Shown: piece after piece, positions 1 through 13,439 of the stretch
How positions within the stretch are numbered: position 1 is the stretch's first letter
Layout of the letters: each line of letters begins with the position of its first letter
Origin: Takakia lepidozioides
Lineage: Eukaryota; Plantae; Bryophyta
Direction of reading: 5' to 3'
Length of the DNA: 64,000 bases
Assembly: GCA_030704615.1 (NCBI GenBank)
Contig: CM060733.1
Coordinates: forward strand, 51,150,001-51,214,000
The notes under the pieces: generated by a model
The model's input: the letters and a program-made list of their open reading frames with translations, nothing else
The model's database searches: none
Told to the model about the DNA's origin: nothing
Made by a program: the position numbers and the translations under genes

Positions 1-44
1 CTTCTTCTCACTGCCAGCAATGTCTATGCTCGGGCGAACGAAAT

Positions 45-1264
45 CTAAGCCATCTTCATGTTCTTCTCTGGCCAAAGACAATTCAGACCGACGACATCCT
101 CCAACATTGTTTGCGGTGGGACCTCTTCCTCGTTAGGGTGAGGCAAGACACAATTGGCAATATAGATATCATTCACCTCAACCTGCCACAATCCTTCAGG
201 TACAACACGGCAGTGATATGTGTCTTTGTCAGGCACACCAATGACAATTCCACTAGCAGCCTTGTGTCGTGGTAAATGAGGATCATACAGGCTGATTTTG
301 TCCTTCAACTTAAACTGCACACAACACCCACCATAAACCCCACATTAATCAACCCATGAAGACTTACATGTACATTCAAAACTAGATAATGAGGACCGTC
401 TAGTACAAGGGGGTTGAAAGTACTTTTGGTAGCATAAGAATATCTGCCACTGTGGCAGGGGGTTGATATTTGGGGGTTGCCTTTGAAGGCGCCGTAGTTG
501 GTGCACTGTCGGTGGCAATATCAAGAGTGGCTTTCTCGGCCTACAAACATCACGCCCAACACCCCTTAGCAGTTACATTTAGCAATGCATCTACTAATAG
601 TTTGAAGTACCCAACATGTAAATGGCCACATTGTACAGAACTGATAGCTGATGCATAGAATTCATGGCACACACCAATAAATAGATCATTCATGAAATGT
701 TTTCAGAGTCAAAAACAGAAAGCAAGATAAAGTCTTTGAGGGCGTACCTCTTTCTGTGGGGAAGGCTTCACATGCTGATCTGCCAAACCCCCACTGTCAC
801 CCTTACCAACACTCTCGGTGGTGCAGACGTCCTCACCAGCAGCCAATATTGTTGTCCCGCCAGCTCCACCTCCCTTCCTACGTGGCAATTTATCAGGAAT
901 TCCCTTGCGCCCCAATTTTACTTGGGTCACCACAAGGTCCTCAATGGCAGACGACTTTGGCTTTTCCCCAACCTCAAGAGGTTCTCCCTGCACCCAAACA
1001 AAACATACCAGAGCAGTAAACTTCAAAGTCAACTAACACTGAATGGATGACAACCACAAAAATAAGTTGGGGTGAAGGTGCACAAACCACCTTCTCTGTA
1101 GCAGTCTTTCCTCCCAAGCCTGCGTCGGAATCGCAAGGTTCAATAACAATACATATTGGGTTAGTAGTTGGAGGAGGGGCGGTTGCTGACATTCCCAACA
1201 TCATTGCCATCAATGCATCCAGTTGCAGCCTAACACAAGCCCCTCCACCCCACAAAGTTAGCAA
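45..1264 (-). pseudogene. CACTA (En/Spm) ORF2/TnpA-like gene remnant, several exons
   Basis: ORF 45..320 (AASGIVIG...HCRVVPEGLWQVEVNDIY...LPHP...MLEDVVGLNCLWP) resembles the C-terminal domain of plant CACTA accessory proteins; upstream low-complexity Ala/Pro/Thr exon-like ORFs. Confidence 0.55.
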
Positions 1265-1714
1265 TTATGGAAAATAAGGTCAACCGGGCAACAAGCAAGG
1301 TCGGCAGTTCGTGAACGCAACAAACCTTGGTCCAACGTGCCAAAAAAAGTTTGGCATCCAATGGCGTGAATGCATGGAATGTCATGCTTTGGCGCCCTAG
1401 CAATGTCCCACATCCATTCAGTATTAAAACCCTAACACATGTTCTAACCCTTTGAAATTTAATCCATGGGTCAAGCCATACATAGTCCAATTCGCAAGCC
1501 ATTCATCTTTCTAACAAGGTTTCCAGGTCATTCACATTTAGGAAAGAACCTTGGTTTGATATATAACATTTACCACCATATATGCAGATTGTAAACTCAT
1601 CACAAAAGCAGATTGCAGGTCTGGAGATAAATCTCTAGAACCAGGCTCAAAGCATATCAGGTTCGAAATGAAACAATCAGCCACTCATGCCTTAAGTTCA
1701 TGAAGTTTTTACCT

Positions 1715-2050
1715 TGGTTGTCCCACCATTGACTGGGGTAAGAAAAATATTCATTCCACAGCTTCTCCTCGTCTCAGCTGTTACCTGTTTCTGGATACTT
1801 CCCTGTTGTCACATTGGCAGTACCATGTCAAAGTCGCTCCAAACTATCAAAAGCTCACTCAACCAGCTAACTTGCAGAATTCAACATGAAAATTTAGGGC
1901 CGATTCTAATAAGATGGAAAAACAGGGTGAAATGTGTTGAAGAAGGTGCCTTCATTACCAGTGCCTGAGTTTATCATTGTGTCGCTGCTACTGCGGCTTC
2001 TAGTTGACCAGTCACCATCTACCCATGCAGGTTTCTTGTAGCTATTGATC
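1715..2050 (-). pseudogene. Organellar ssDNA-binding (OSB) PDF-motif gene fragment, copy 1
   Basis: Encodes WINSYKKPAWVDG; visibly homologous to 2985-3250 and 49140-49600, which carry the LW.E.F..P..WWDNR.KK and PDFKHK motifs. Confidence 0.6.
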
Positions 2051-5000
2051 CATTTGGTACATTTCCAGCTTTGGTGATGCAACCATGCACCTCCGATGCC
2101 CTTTTCCAGGGCTGCCAGACTTGCACACGCACTGCAAACGCACACAAACATGATGTGGTCGAACTTCACCCCTTCCCCCATCATTTGCTTTCAGGTCTCC
2201 AAAGCCCCATACAGCGCCCCTGCTCTGCACACCCTGCAAACATCACATTCCACAACACCACATCTCATTCAGCCATAGTGTTGAACACTCCCTTGGCATC
2301 CTCAATGCTACCATATTTGGCATACATGGCCACCAGAGCACTGTTCAGGATGACATCTGGAACAATTGCAGATTTGATCATGTCACCAGGGATCTCTTTG
2401 CCCTTTTCCAGGGCTGCCAGACACACTGCAAACACACACAAACCTATGTCGGCGGGCTTCACCCCTTTCCCCCATCATTTGCTCATAGGTTGGAGCCTCC
2501 ATCCCGCACCCCTGCTGTGCATACCCCGCAAGCATCGCACTCCACGACACCACATCTCATTCAGCCATAGTGTTGAACACTCCCTTGGCATCCTCGATGC
2601 ACCCACATTTGGCATACATGTCCACCAGGGCAGGGGCAGTGTTCAAAATGACATCTGGTAATCTGACAAACATTCTCCTTTTAGAATTGTTCCAGCAAAT
2701 GCCCCAACCCTACTGACTTAGAGGCTGTATTGTCCAAAGCCATGTCCATTTCCAGAAAATTGTCTGATGAAAATGAAGTTAGGTAGAAAACTTCCCTGGA
2801 CTTGTTTCCAGTCTGTGACATGGGGGAGGACATCATGGATGACCTCAAGGGTCTACCCACTCTCGGCACTAGACTGAAATTTAAACTAAGGGCAAGAATC
2901 CTACCTTTGAATAGCAAACAGAAGCAGAGAGGAAAGGGAGAGTGCAATTGCATCCAACTCAACTTATCGCACTAGTTCCTATGGTCAATTGCATCTGCTA
3001 CACTCTGTAATCTGACAGGCATTCACCTTTTTGCCTCGGTTGTCCCACCAGTTACTGGGGTCAAAAAAGTATTCATCCCACAGCTTCTTCTCATATCTGT
3101 TACCTGTTTTTGGATACTTAGGGACGACTCTGATAGTAGGGGAATTCAGGGTGAAATATGTTGAAGAAGGTACCTTCATTAGCAGTGGGCCTTGTTCTAT
3201 TAATTGCATTGCTGCCATTGTTGTTTCCAGTTGACCATCTACCCACTCGTAGCCATTGTGCTATTGAAGAAGGTGCCCCCCCTTCCCCCATCATTTGCTC
3301 ATAGCTCTCCAAAGCCTCCATCCCACGTCCCTGCCGTGCATACCATGCAAGCATCGCACTCCACAACACCACATCTCGTTCAGCCATAGTGTCGAACACT
3401 CCCTTTGCATCCTAGATGCACCCACATTTTGCAAACATGTTCACCAGGGTTTTGTTTAGAATGACATCTGGTACAATAATAACTCTGAAGATGTCGCCAT
3501 GGACCTCTTTCCCCTAAGCTGCCAGGGCAGTGTTCAGATTGACATTTGGCACAATTCCATCTTTGATGATATCCCCATGCACCTTTTGCCCTTCTCCAAG
3601 CCGGCTGCCAAGCTTGCACAAGCATTGCAAATGCACACAAACATGATGTGCTTCCCCCATCATTTGCTCATAGCTCTCCAAAGCCTCCATCCCACGTCCC
3701 TGCCGTGCATACCATGCAAGCACCGCACTCCATGACACCACATCTCGTTCAGCCATAGTGTCGAACACTCCCTTTGCATCCTAGATGCACCCACATTTTG
3801 CAAACATGTTCACCAGGGTTTTGTTCAGAATGACATCTGGTACAATATTAACTCTGAAGATGTCGCCATGGACCTCTTTCCCCTAAGCTGCCAGGGCAGT
3901 ATTCAGATTGACATTTGGCACAATTCCATCTTTGATGATATCCCCATGCACCTCTTGCCCTTCTCCAGGGCTGCCAGGCTTGCACAAGAATTGCAAATGC
4001 ACACAAACATGATGTGCTTCCCCCATCCTTTGCTCATAGCTCTCCAAAGCCTTCATCCCACGTCCCTGCCGTGCATACCTTGCAAGCATCGCACTCCACG
4101 ACACCACATCTCGTTCAGCCATAGTGTCGAACACTCCCTTTGCATCCTAGATCCTAGATCCCTTTGCACCCACATTTTGCAAACATGTCCACCAGGGTAT
4201 GGTTCAGAATGACATTTGGTACAATTCCAACTCTGAAGATGTCGCCATGGACCTCTTTCCCTTTTTTCCGGAGCTGCCAGGGCAGTGTTCATAATGACAT
4301 TTGGTATAATTCCAGCTTTGATGATACCCCATGCACCTCTTTGCCCTCGTCCAGGCTCGATGCACCCACATTTCGCATACATGTCCACCAGGGTATGGTT
4401 CAGACTGACATTTGGTACAATTCCAGCTCTGAAGATGTCGCCATGGACCTCTTTCCCCTTTTCCAGAGCTGCGAGGGCAGTGTTCAGATTCACATTTGGT
4501 ACAATTCGAGCTTTGATGATATCCCCATGCACCTCTTTGCCCTTCTCCAGGCCGGCTGCCAGGCTTGCACAAGCATTGCAAATGCACACAAACATGATGT
4601 GCTTCCCCCATCATTTGCTCATAGCTCTTCAAAGCCTCCATTCCACATCCCTGCTGTGCATACCCTGCAAGCACATCATATCGCACTCCACGACACCACA
4701 TCTCGTTCAGCCATAGTGTCGAACACTCCCTTTGCATCCTAGATGCACCCACATTTTGCAAACATGTCCACCAGGGTATTGTTCAGAATGTCATCTGGTA
4801 CAATTCCAGCTCTGAAGATGTCGCCATGCACCTCTTTTCCCATTTCCAAAGCTGCCAGGGCAGTGTGCAGATTGACATTTGGCACAATTCCAGCTTTGAT
4901 GATATCCCTATGCACCTCTTGCCCTTCTCCAGGGCTGCCAGGCTTGCACGCACATTGCAAATGCACACAAACAAGATGTGCTTCCCCCATCATCTGCTCA

Positions 5001-5420
5001 TACCTCTCCAAAGCCTCCATCCCACATCCCTGCTGTGCATACCCTGCAAGCATCGCACTCCACGACACCACATCTCGTTCAGCCATAGTGTCAAACACTC
5101 CCTTTGCATCCTAGATGCACCCACATTTTGCAAACATGTTCACCGGGGTATTGTTCAGAATGACATCTGATACAATTCCAGCTCTGAAGATGACGCCATG
5201 AACCTCTTTCCCCTTTTCCAAAGCTGCCAGGGCAGTGTTCAGATTGACATTTGGCACAATTCCAGCTTTGATGATATCCCCATGCACCTCTTGCCCTTCT
5301 CCAGGGCTGCCAGGCTTGCACAAGCATTGCAAATGCACACAAACACGATGTGCTTCCCCCATCATTTGCTCATAGGTCTCCAAAGCCTCCATCCCACGTC
5401 CCTGCCGTGCATACCCTGGA
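2050..5420 (-). pseudogene. Tandem array of degenerate PLS-class PPR repeats, with an embedded OSB fragment at about 2985-3250
   Basis: Repeated VFDTMAERDVVSWSAMLAGYAQQG / ACASLAALEKGKEVHGDII / NTALVDMYAKCG motifs with many frameshifts; 2985..3218 encodes LWDEYFFDPSNWWDNRGKK. Confidence 0.9.
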
Positions 5421-6616
5421 CCAAGCTGACTCTCCCAAGAACCTTGTAAACATCAGCGAGGACTTAAGTGCGCAGCAATGATGTGGGTTAGTGGGGCTTA
5501 GTGCTTGAGGGGAAAAGAAAACATCGCATTGGTCCATGAGAACCACCATGGTGCAGCTAAGCGAGCAGAGATTGAAACACGACCTGCTAAGACCAAGCTG
5601 ACTCTCCAAGAACCTTGTAAACATCAAGAAGAATACCAAATCATGGTACTAACAGGAGCCAAAAGCCCACATTTGCAGGATGGACAAACTTCTTCACATC
5701 CTACATAGAAAAAGCCACACCTTGCGATTGCGATTGTCCCACCATCATGAAGGATCTGTAAAAAACTCATGCGAGCTCTGCTCCGTGCTTCAAATTCAGG
5801 GCCGAGTCTGATGAGAGGGCAAAATAGGCTGAAATAGGTCGAAGAAGAAGGTGCCCTAACCACATTGTCGTCGACCTTGTGTCATGACCCATGGAGGATT
5901 TGACAGACCATGAACCCAAACGGACCTCTTGTGTGTGCTGCTTGTGTCTGTAGTCAGGTAATGTCGGATTGTCCATGAGAACCACCACGGTGCAGCTGAG
6001 CGAGCAGAGATTGAAACGCGACCTGCTAAGACCAACCTGCACGAGGACTTAGTGTGCACAGCAACGATAGGGCTTAGTGAGGCTTAGTGGGGCTTAGTGC
6101 ATGAGGGAAAAAAACAACGCGAGGAGTTTGAACCCGCGACCCCGCGACACGCAGGAAGAGCCCTTACCAGTACGCTACATGCGCGCATTTGAAATTTCCC
6201 CCCAAAAGTATGTATATATTGTACATACGTGATGGGCAACTTTTTAAGTTTTTTAACCTTTTCACAAACCGTATAAGCAATTTTTACTTTTATTTTTTAA
6301 AAATAAATTTTAAAGGAAACCTCAGGCCCTTGAGGAGGGGGAAAAATTAACCCCCTTTCATTTATGGGCCATGAGACCTACAGGAGGATCAACGCCTAGA
6401 CATACCGTCGTCACAAACAATCCCACACATGGGGTAATGCGTCGGGTTTGAACCCTGAACCACCAGGGCGACACACTCTGCACTTACCAGCCGATGTGTT
6501 TTTTTTAAATCTTTTGCACTTTGATTTTTTTTTAAAAAAAATCATTTTAGTGGTTACAAGTGAGCACATAGATGTATTCCATGGAGATAAACAAAACTGT
6601 TCATCCGGTGTCTTCA

Positions 6617-7466
6617 CGGTGGATGTATCCCATGGAGCGTTACATGAAAGATCTTAAGGGATACGTTAGGAATTACGCAAAGCCAAAAGGAAGTACGGTT
6701 GTAGGGTATGTTCTGGATGAGGCCATGGGGTTCATGACTTAGTATATGCAATCATTTGATGCAACTCAACGGCGGACTTGGGATGCAAATGCGGAGGAAG
6801 GGGTTGAGGACGAGGTCTTCGAAGGTGTCGGCAAAAAGCGGGATATGACTGGAGCGGAAGAGATGCAGCACAAATTTTGTATGTGCTGAACAATACCAAT
6901 GACATGGCTCTTTGGGTGTAGTGAGTACTTCTTTTCATTGCACCTTATTCATATCAAGTTCAATTTCAATTCTGACTGTCACCAATGTAATCAAACCACC
7001 CACAAAGTCATAAATGTCAGTGGTTCATCCTGATTATAACCAATGTTGTAGTAACGGAATGTCTGAGTGAGTGACTTGTTGGAAGAGCATGTTCATTTAC
7101 AAGTCATTCTGCTCACTCCTCCAGTGGTTTTCAAAGTATCATTCATGCTAGGTATTTTTTGCTAAATAATGCAATAATTTATTGCTAACATGTGTCATTC
7201 TTGTTGCCATTTTGTGACAAAAAGTATGCAACAGAGAATGCACAGTTCACAACAGACAGAGAGGCATGTGGTGATGAGTGGCGTGCCAATCGACGTCTAC
7301 CTTATCAGATCAGCCAATACCTAAGTCATTAGATGGTCCCACGGCTCTAAATAAAGAAGACCTGGCTATGTTGGCTACCATTCAAGTGGCATTTGTGCAA
7401 CCAACCGCTATTCCAGTTGAGCAAAGTGATTCAGAGGGTGACGAATATGTTTCAGATTCAGAATAA
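6617..7466 (+). pseudogene. CACTA transposase (Tnp2, DUF4218 region) fragment
   Basis: 6617-6920 translates RWMYPMERYMKDLKGYVRNYAKPKGS...GYVLDEAMGF with an internal stop. Confidence 0.85.
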
Positions 7467-7519
7467 AGTTTATTGTTGGAACCATTTGTTCAATAACATC
7501 ATCCCACAATGATCTGGCC

Positions 7520-8134
7520 ACTTGTCTGTTTTTCAAAGTCTGTCACAGCTGCACAAACCACTGAAAGTTTTTCATGTATCACCAAAAAAGTGGTACCAAT
7601 CACTGTTGTGTAGGCAACCACTAGAATAGTGGTTCCAATTACTGCAGTATCTTTCACCACCCACTCTCCACCACTGTCAAAGTGGTACAAATCAATGAGG
7701 TGTCTTTAACCACTCAAGATCAACGTGCATTGTCCCCGTCCACGTGGAATATTATATTTATGAATTAAAATATATTTCCAAATCATAAATCATAAATAAA
7801 ATTTGAATTATTACACGTGGAGTAGCAAGTGGTTTCAACCACTTCCCATCACTGAGGTGTCTATAACCACTCACAATGTACCATTGCACTCGTCCACGTG
7901 GAATATTATATTATATTAATTAAAATATATTACCAAATAAATAATAATAAATAAAAACAAAATAGTACACGTGGACTACTGAGTGGTTGAAACCACTTCC
8001 AACCACTGTCTGTGATGCCACCGTGGCATTTCATTGGGATTAACCACTGGCAAGTGGTTACTAGTGGTTTATAGAGTGGAAAAAGACAATAGTGGTTAAA
8101 GGGCCAGTGATTACTCCACGTTTTTCTTCTAGTG
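7520..8134 (+). mobile_element. CACTA 3' end (subterminal repeats and TIR)
   Basis: Ends TTTTCTTCTAGTG at 8134; AACCACT/AGTGGTT subterminal motifs; lies downstream of the Tnp2 fragment. Confidence 0.7.
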
Positions 8135-9187
8135 CATTGGAGTTGTCGCTTACCCAACTACCAGATCAGCCGTTCCGACTCTCACGACCTTCAACATCAC
8201 GCAGATGCTCTCGAGACGATCGGCCACCAATGCGACGCGTATTTCCTCGTCTGGACCCCGTACGACGGCAAGTGGAGTCTACTCGAAGTCTGATAATTCT
8301 GTTGGAGGTTGAGGCTTCGGAACCAGAGGGCAACGAAATCATGTTTGAAGCCAGCTTCGAAAATCAGAATGCTCAAATTACTGCGTGGTCCCAGGTTCAA
8401 GGTGTTGGACACTATCGATGGTTACATGGACCTATAAATCATTTGAAGAACGAAGAGCCGAATACTTGGCAAGTACCATTCGTCGGATTTTGGATTTTCT
8501 CCAACTCTAAGCAAGTCCAAGATTTTACCGCTCCTCGAGGAACTCGGCGTTAGAGGAGGGGGTGATGTCACGGACATAGCCCAGATGAACTTACCAGGAG
8601 TAAATACCAAAAGTTATCAAGTTACCATGTTACCGAAAGTTACCACGATTTACCATTATTTACCATGATTTACCATTACTTACCAAGTTACTGGGAGTTT
8701 ACCAAATTACCAAGAGTAACTTGGGAAACTACTCAGGAAGCTTCATTTGGAGGAAACTTCTCCATCAATATACCTCCTTTGTTTAAGGAAGCTTCTCCAT
8801 CAAGAAACCTTTGTTTAATCTTGGAAACTTCTCCAGCAAGAAACCTCCATAGGGGAAGATTCTTGGGGAAGCTTCTTAGTACCCAATATATATAGGAGGC
8901 GAGACTGGACACTCTTCAGTCTCGCCAACACCAGTTCAAGCTACTCTTGTTTCCAGTTCCCAGTACTCTAGCCCAGTTTCCAGTATCTAGTACTCCAGAC
9001 CAGTTTCCAGCATTCCAGTATTCAAGTCGTGTTCCAATATCTTGTACTCTTGTTCATTGTTATAAAGATCATCTTGATTCCTATTTACTCATCGTGCATA
9101 CAGCCACGCCGACCTTAACTTCTTGTCTAGTCTTGTACCTCTAGTCTGATCTCTTGGTTGTGTTCAGTTATGTTCTCGTCCTTGACA
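8135..9187 (+). mobile_element. Chromovirus-like Ty3/gypsy 3' end with PPT and 3' LTR (8566-9187)
   Basis: Degenerate pol tail ending RGTRR*, polypurine tract AGAGGAGGGGG, then TGTCA...TGACA 622-bp LTR. Confidence 0.7.
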
Positions 9188-9561
9188 TTGGCCGTCCCAG
9201 CAATGCTTTTGTGAAGTTGAGGGCCGCAAAGCCAAAAAAAAAAAAAAAAAAAAAAAACTCTCATTGTGGTGATGTTGTTGCAACGCCCTGACGTCCTCAG
9301 TAACGCTTTTGCGACGCCGAGGCGTTGCAACGTCCAAAAAGTTTTTTTTTGTATTTGTGATGTCGGGGCGTCGCAGGAAAAAAAATCCGTCGCAGCGAGG
9401 GCCCTCTTTCCCCCTTCATGCCACCTTGCAACGGTTGGGCGTCACAATGGTATCGCAGCGGGGGATTGCGACGCCGCGGGCTCGACGTCGTGGGCTCAAC
9501 GACGCAGAGGGCGTGGGGCGCGGCTGGCGTCGCCCCCCCCCCCCCCCCATTTGTTGTAGTG
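9188..9561 (+). mobile_element. CACTA 3' terminus with GC-rich GCGACG subterminal repeats
   Basis: Ends ATTTGTTGTAGTG (reverse complement CACTACAACAAAT); subterminal motifs like those at 27094-27560 and 33110-33438. Confidence 0.7.
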
Positions 9562-9619
9562 AGGGGAGGCACTGCGATCCTCCTCTCCCCCTCTCTTAGA
9601 CAATTACTTGTTAAAGGTG

Positions 9620-12600
9620 ATGTTTGGGAACCGGGAAGAGTGCAGTTTTGCTCTCTTCTGCTCGCAAACGACCTTGAACTCCTTGGTCTACTTAACATTT
9701 ATGCCCCCAACTCCATGCTCGATCAAATGGCACTAGGGATATGATAAACTTTCGCATGGCCGCCAAGCAAAGCATTGATAATTTGCTCCTTGCAAGAGAC
9801 TTCAACATGGTAGAGTCAGCTCTGGATAGAAGGAGATCTAGGACCTCCGCCCTCCATGTCGATGAAGAAGCCTCCTGGCAATCATTCAAACACATAGCCT
9901 CATAGAGAAAGACCCCCCAACTCTTCCAAGGAGAAATAGCCCTCATTTCACCTGGACTAACAATAAAGATCTGCTCAATCTTAGCATGGCAGGACTAGAT
10001 AGATTTTATTTCTCTATGTCCATTTCCACTAATGCCTCTCTCAAGCCTCAACAGCCGATTGCTTTGGGTTTTGACCATGCCCTAATAGAGGCCTTCCTCT
10101 CCTTCCCAAATGCCCACTGCCGCGGGAGGGCAACCACCTGCAGTGCCCCATTCTCATATTCCAATTTAAACCGGTTGCCTCATGTAAACTAAGTCAAGTC
10201 CTCAGTAAGGAGATTGCATCCTCACGTAAAATGAAAGTTATGGCCCTTTAGAAATGTCTGTGTGTCTGCCAAATGAAAATACAAGGCAGCTCCTGTGATG
10301 ACCATACTTTCCAGACTTACCTAGAGGCTCGTGCTAATTTAGGGGTCTTCCAAGAGCAACAGGAGCTTAGGATGAAGATGCAAGCTGGGGTCAACTGGTT
10401 TGCCAAGGGGGAAAAGATGTCTAAGTATTTCTTCCAAAATATCAAACTTAGAAGGGCCCTGCAAAGTATCCCTGAGCTCTATAGAGACCAATCTGGCAAT
10501 AAAACCTCCAACCCTAGAGAGCTCTGTGGTTTGGCCTTCACCCATTTCAGTACCCTCTTTCAGGAAGAATACCCTGCCTTGCTGCAATCATGCCTCCGCT
10601 CGACCCAAACCAGGCTGGATCATGAGTGAGCGGAACCCTTATCGAGGGTCTTTATACCCATGGAACTAGAAGATGCCCTTGATCAAATGAACAGTGGGAA
10701 ACTCCAGGGCTTGACGGTATGCCGGTTGAGTTTTTCAAAGCTATGTGGCCACAAATGTCTGAGGATTTTTGTGAAATGGGTAACGAAATTAAGAAGACTG
10801 GTGTCATGCCTAGCTAGATGTCCCAGGGGGTTATAACCCTGCTCCACAAGAAAGGGGACAAAGCTGACGTGTGGAACTACAGGCCTATTACCCTTCTTAA
10901 TGTGGCATACAAGATAAAGCTAAGACTCTGGCCTTGCGCCTTCAGCCCCTCCTCCCCTCCCTCATCCGAACTGGCCAAGCCGGTTTCATCAAAAGCAGGT
11001 ATATTCTGGACAATGTGTTGTTGGCACATGAAGCAGACTCATATGCTCTTGCCACTAACCAAGCCTTGGCCCTGTGGCTCTTGGGCTTTGAAAAGGCTTT
11101 TGATAAGGGATTTCTAAGCTGAAGGCCTCTGACCATAAAGTAGCATATAGCCCAGAGTGTCTGCGACAAAGAGAAATAGGAAGGGAGCTAGAGGACAACC
11201 CTTGTCTAACCGATCTGTGCAGCTGAAAGGATTTAGATAAATGGCCATTGATGATCACCCTGCTTGTGGAGTTACGGAGGAGGATATTGACCCATTGACA
11301 AAAGTCATGGGGTGTACCTGATTTCTGTAGAACCGCAATGATGAAGTCCCAACCTAACAGCTCTGGTTGCAGATCAAGGACTCCATGTTTGTGGATTACA
11401 CCTTCTTGCTACTTCAAGCAAAACCCTCCACTCTCTCCGCAGCCGAGAACACTCTCGAGAAATTTTGTCTAGTGTCTGGCTTTAGAGTTAACTGGAGGAA
11501 GACAAAAGCCCTTCTGGTCGGGGACACCTCTAGGTCTTCAATTGGGGTCTCCCCCACTTGGGGAGACCGGCATGGTATGGTATGGCTTAAAGAAGGAGAA
11601 CCTACCACCTTGCTTGGCCACATCTTTGGACTCAACCTAATGGAGGAATAGAAAATGGGCCCCACCCTGGCCAGGCTCAAAAACTTGCCTTCTGGGGCTC
11701 CAGATTCCTATCCATTGCGGGCAAAGTTCTAGCTACGAACCAGGTCCTTTTGCCTGGCATTTGGTAGTTTGCCTCCACCTGGAAGCTAGGGTCGAAACCC
11801 CTCCAGGAAATAAGAGATGTGTCAGGAATTTTATCTAGGGAGCACACTCGGACTTACAGAACAAGCGCCCTCGGGTGTCATGGCGTCAAATTTGCCTTCC
11901 AAAGAAATCTGGTGGCTTTAGGGGTGCTTGACCCATAAACACAAATCCGGGCCCTCCTAGGTAAGTGGTTTCCTAGGTTTCTGGGACCTGAAGGAGGCTG
12001 GTGGAAGCTTTTGGTGGCAAGGACAATTGCTTTAAGCTCCCCCCCTTCTGGGGGCATGTTGGGCTCCATCCATCAGATGGATCACATAGGGATTTAGCCA
12101 CAAGACCCTAGGTTTTGCTCTCTGGAAATCTATCTGGTCTGCCTTGGGGGAAGTTCAGGCCGTTCCTCAGAAAGCAAGAGCCATCATCCTTCAACAAAGT
12201 CCAGAGACAACATCTTTTCCTCAACTTGTCTTCACCTCCCCTCTGGAGAGAAGCCAGCCCAGGAGATAGGCCTCTTGGGAATTAGGTGGGTTCAAATATC
12301 TCCCACCTTTGGACTAGTACTCCTCAGTCACTTGTTGCATCTCTAGGCTCCAAAAGGGCCTCTACAGGCATTAACCCCATCCTGCAAATAGTTCCAGACC
12401 CGTGGAGAGATATTCTTAGGCTAGGGGAAGGGTCTCCCTCTGGAGCCGCACCACTGGGTAGCTACACCCTCCCTAACCTCTCATATCATATTATCTCGGA
12501 GGTAGACATGCCTTCTGTCACTGGCTACCCCTTTCTCGGGTTCCTCTCTCTGCTTTCCTCTACAACAGTCACCATCCTGGCCGGTCAAGTCTTTCTAGCT

Positions 12601-13130
12601 CGCATTTGCAACTGATCCTCTAAATTCAACGATTTCAACCCTTCCCTCCCTACTGGGAGCTCTATTGTTCCATGGCAGAGAGGGAATCCCTTTGCCTAGA
12701 TCGGAGGACTTCCTCTAAGGGAGCTCGAGTTAGACTCTGCAGAATGGCTATGGGATTTTGAAGGGTCTCTCCAACCCTTCTTCGCTTATTCTGCAAAGAA
12801 GACATACAAGGGTCTCCTTCAACCCAAACCTATGCTAGACAAATGGAATAACAAATGGAGTCATGTTTTTTTTAGGGAGGAGAACTGGAAATGCATTTGG
12901 GGATTCATTTGGGAGAAAGCAAAGGCTTCTAAAATAAGTGCATTCTTGTGGCAGATAGCTAAAAGAGTCCTTAAAGTTGGTCTGTTCTTGGATCTGCATG
13001 GAGCCATCATCTGTGGCTGCTGCTCTTTTGGCACTATAGAATCTCTAGAGCACTGCCTCCTTCTTTGTGTGGCTCCGTCTGCCACATGGCCTCTAGTCTT
13101 GGAGTTCTACTCTGCCTGGGAATGTTAAAG
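9620..13130 (+). mobile_element. Degenerate L1/Tx1-type LINE ORF2 (endonuclease, RT, zf-RVT)
   Basis: LNIYAPN; GVITLLHKKGDK...NYRPITLLNVAYKI; QAGFIKSRYILDNVLLAHE; MFVDYT (FADD-like); KISAFLWQ...C..C...ESLEHCLLLC; many stops and frameshifts. Confidence 0.9.
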
Positions 13131-13261
13131 GGCTGTCTGGGACTTCGACAGTTTTACGGGTTCTGCGGGGTATCCTTAATTTTGCGCAGACCTATGGTGG
13201 TAGACTCAGACCAATTCAAATCTTAGGGGTGACAGACACAGGCCTTAGGGGTGGTAAACAC

Positions 13262-13430
13262 GCTTACACAGTCAGTCATAGCCTTACACAGTTAGACACA
13301 GCTTGACACAACTTGTCACACCCTAACACAGTCAGTCACAACCTTACACAGCCTATCACAGCCTATCACAGTCAGTCACAGCCCGACACAGCCCGACACA
13401 GCTTGGCACAGCCCGTCACAACGTTCACAG
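13262..13430. repeat. Imperfect 10-bp tandem repeat (CACAGNNNNN)
   Basis: cacagcctat, cacagtcagt, cacagcccga and related units. Confidence 0.85.
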
Positions 13431-13439
13431 AGACGGTTA

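Noticed and set aside
2071-5449. + strand ORFs across the PPR array
   Set aside because: Antisense shadows of the - strand PPR repeats
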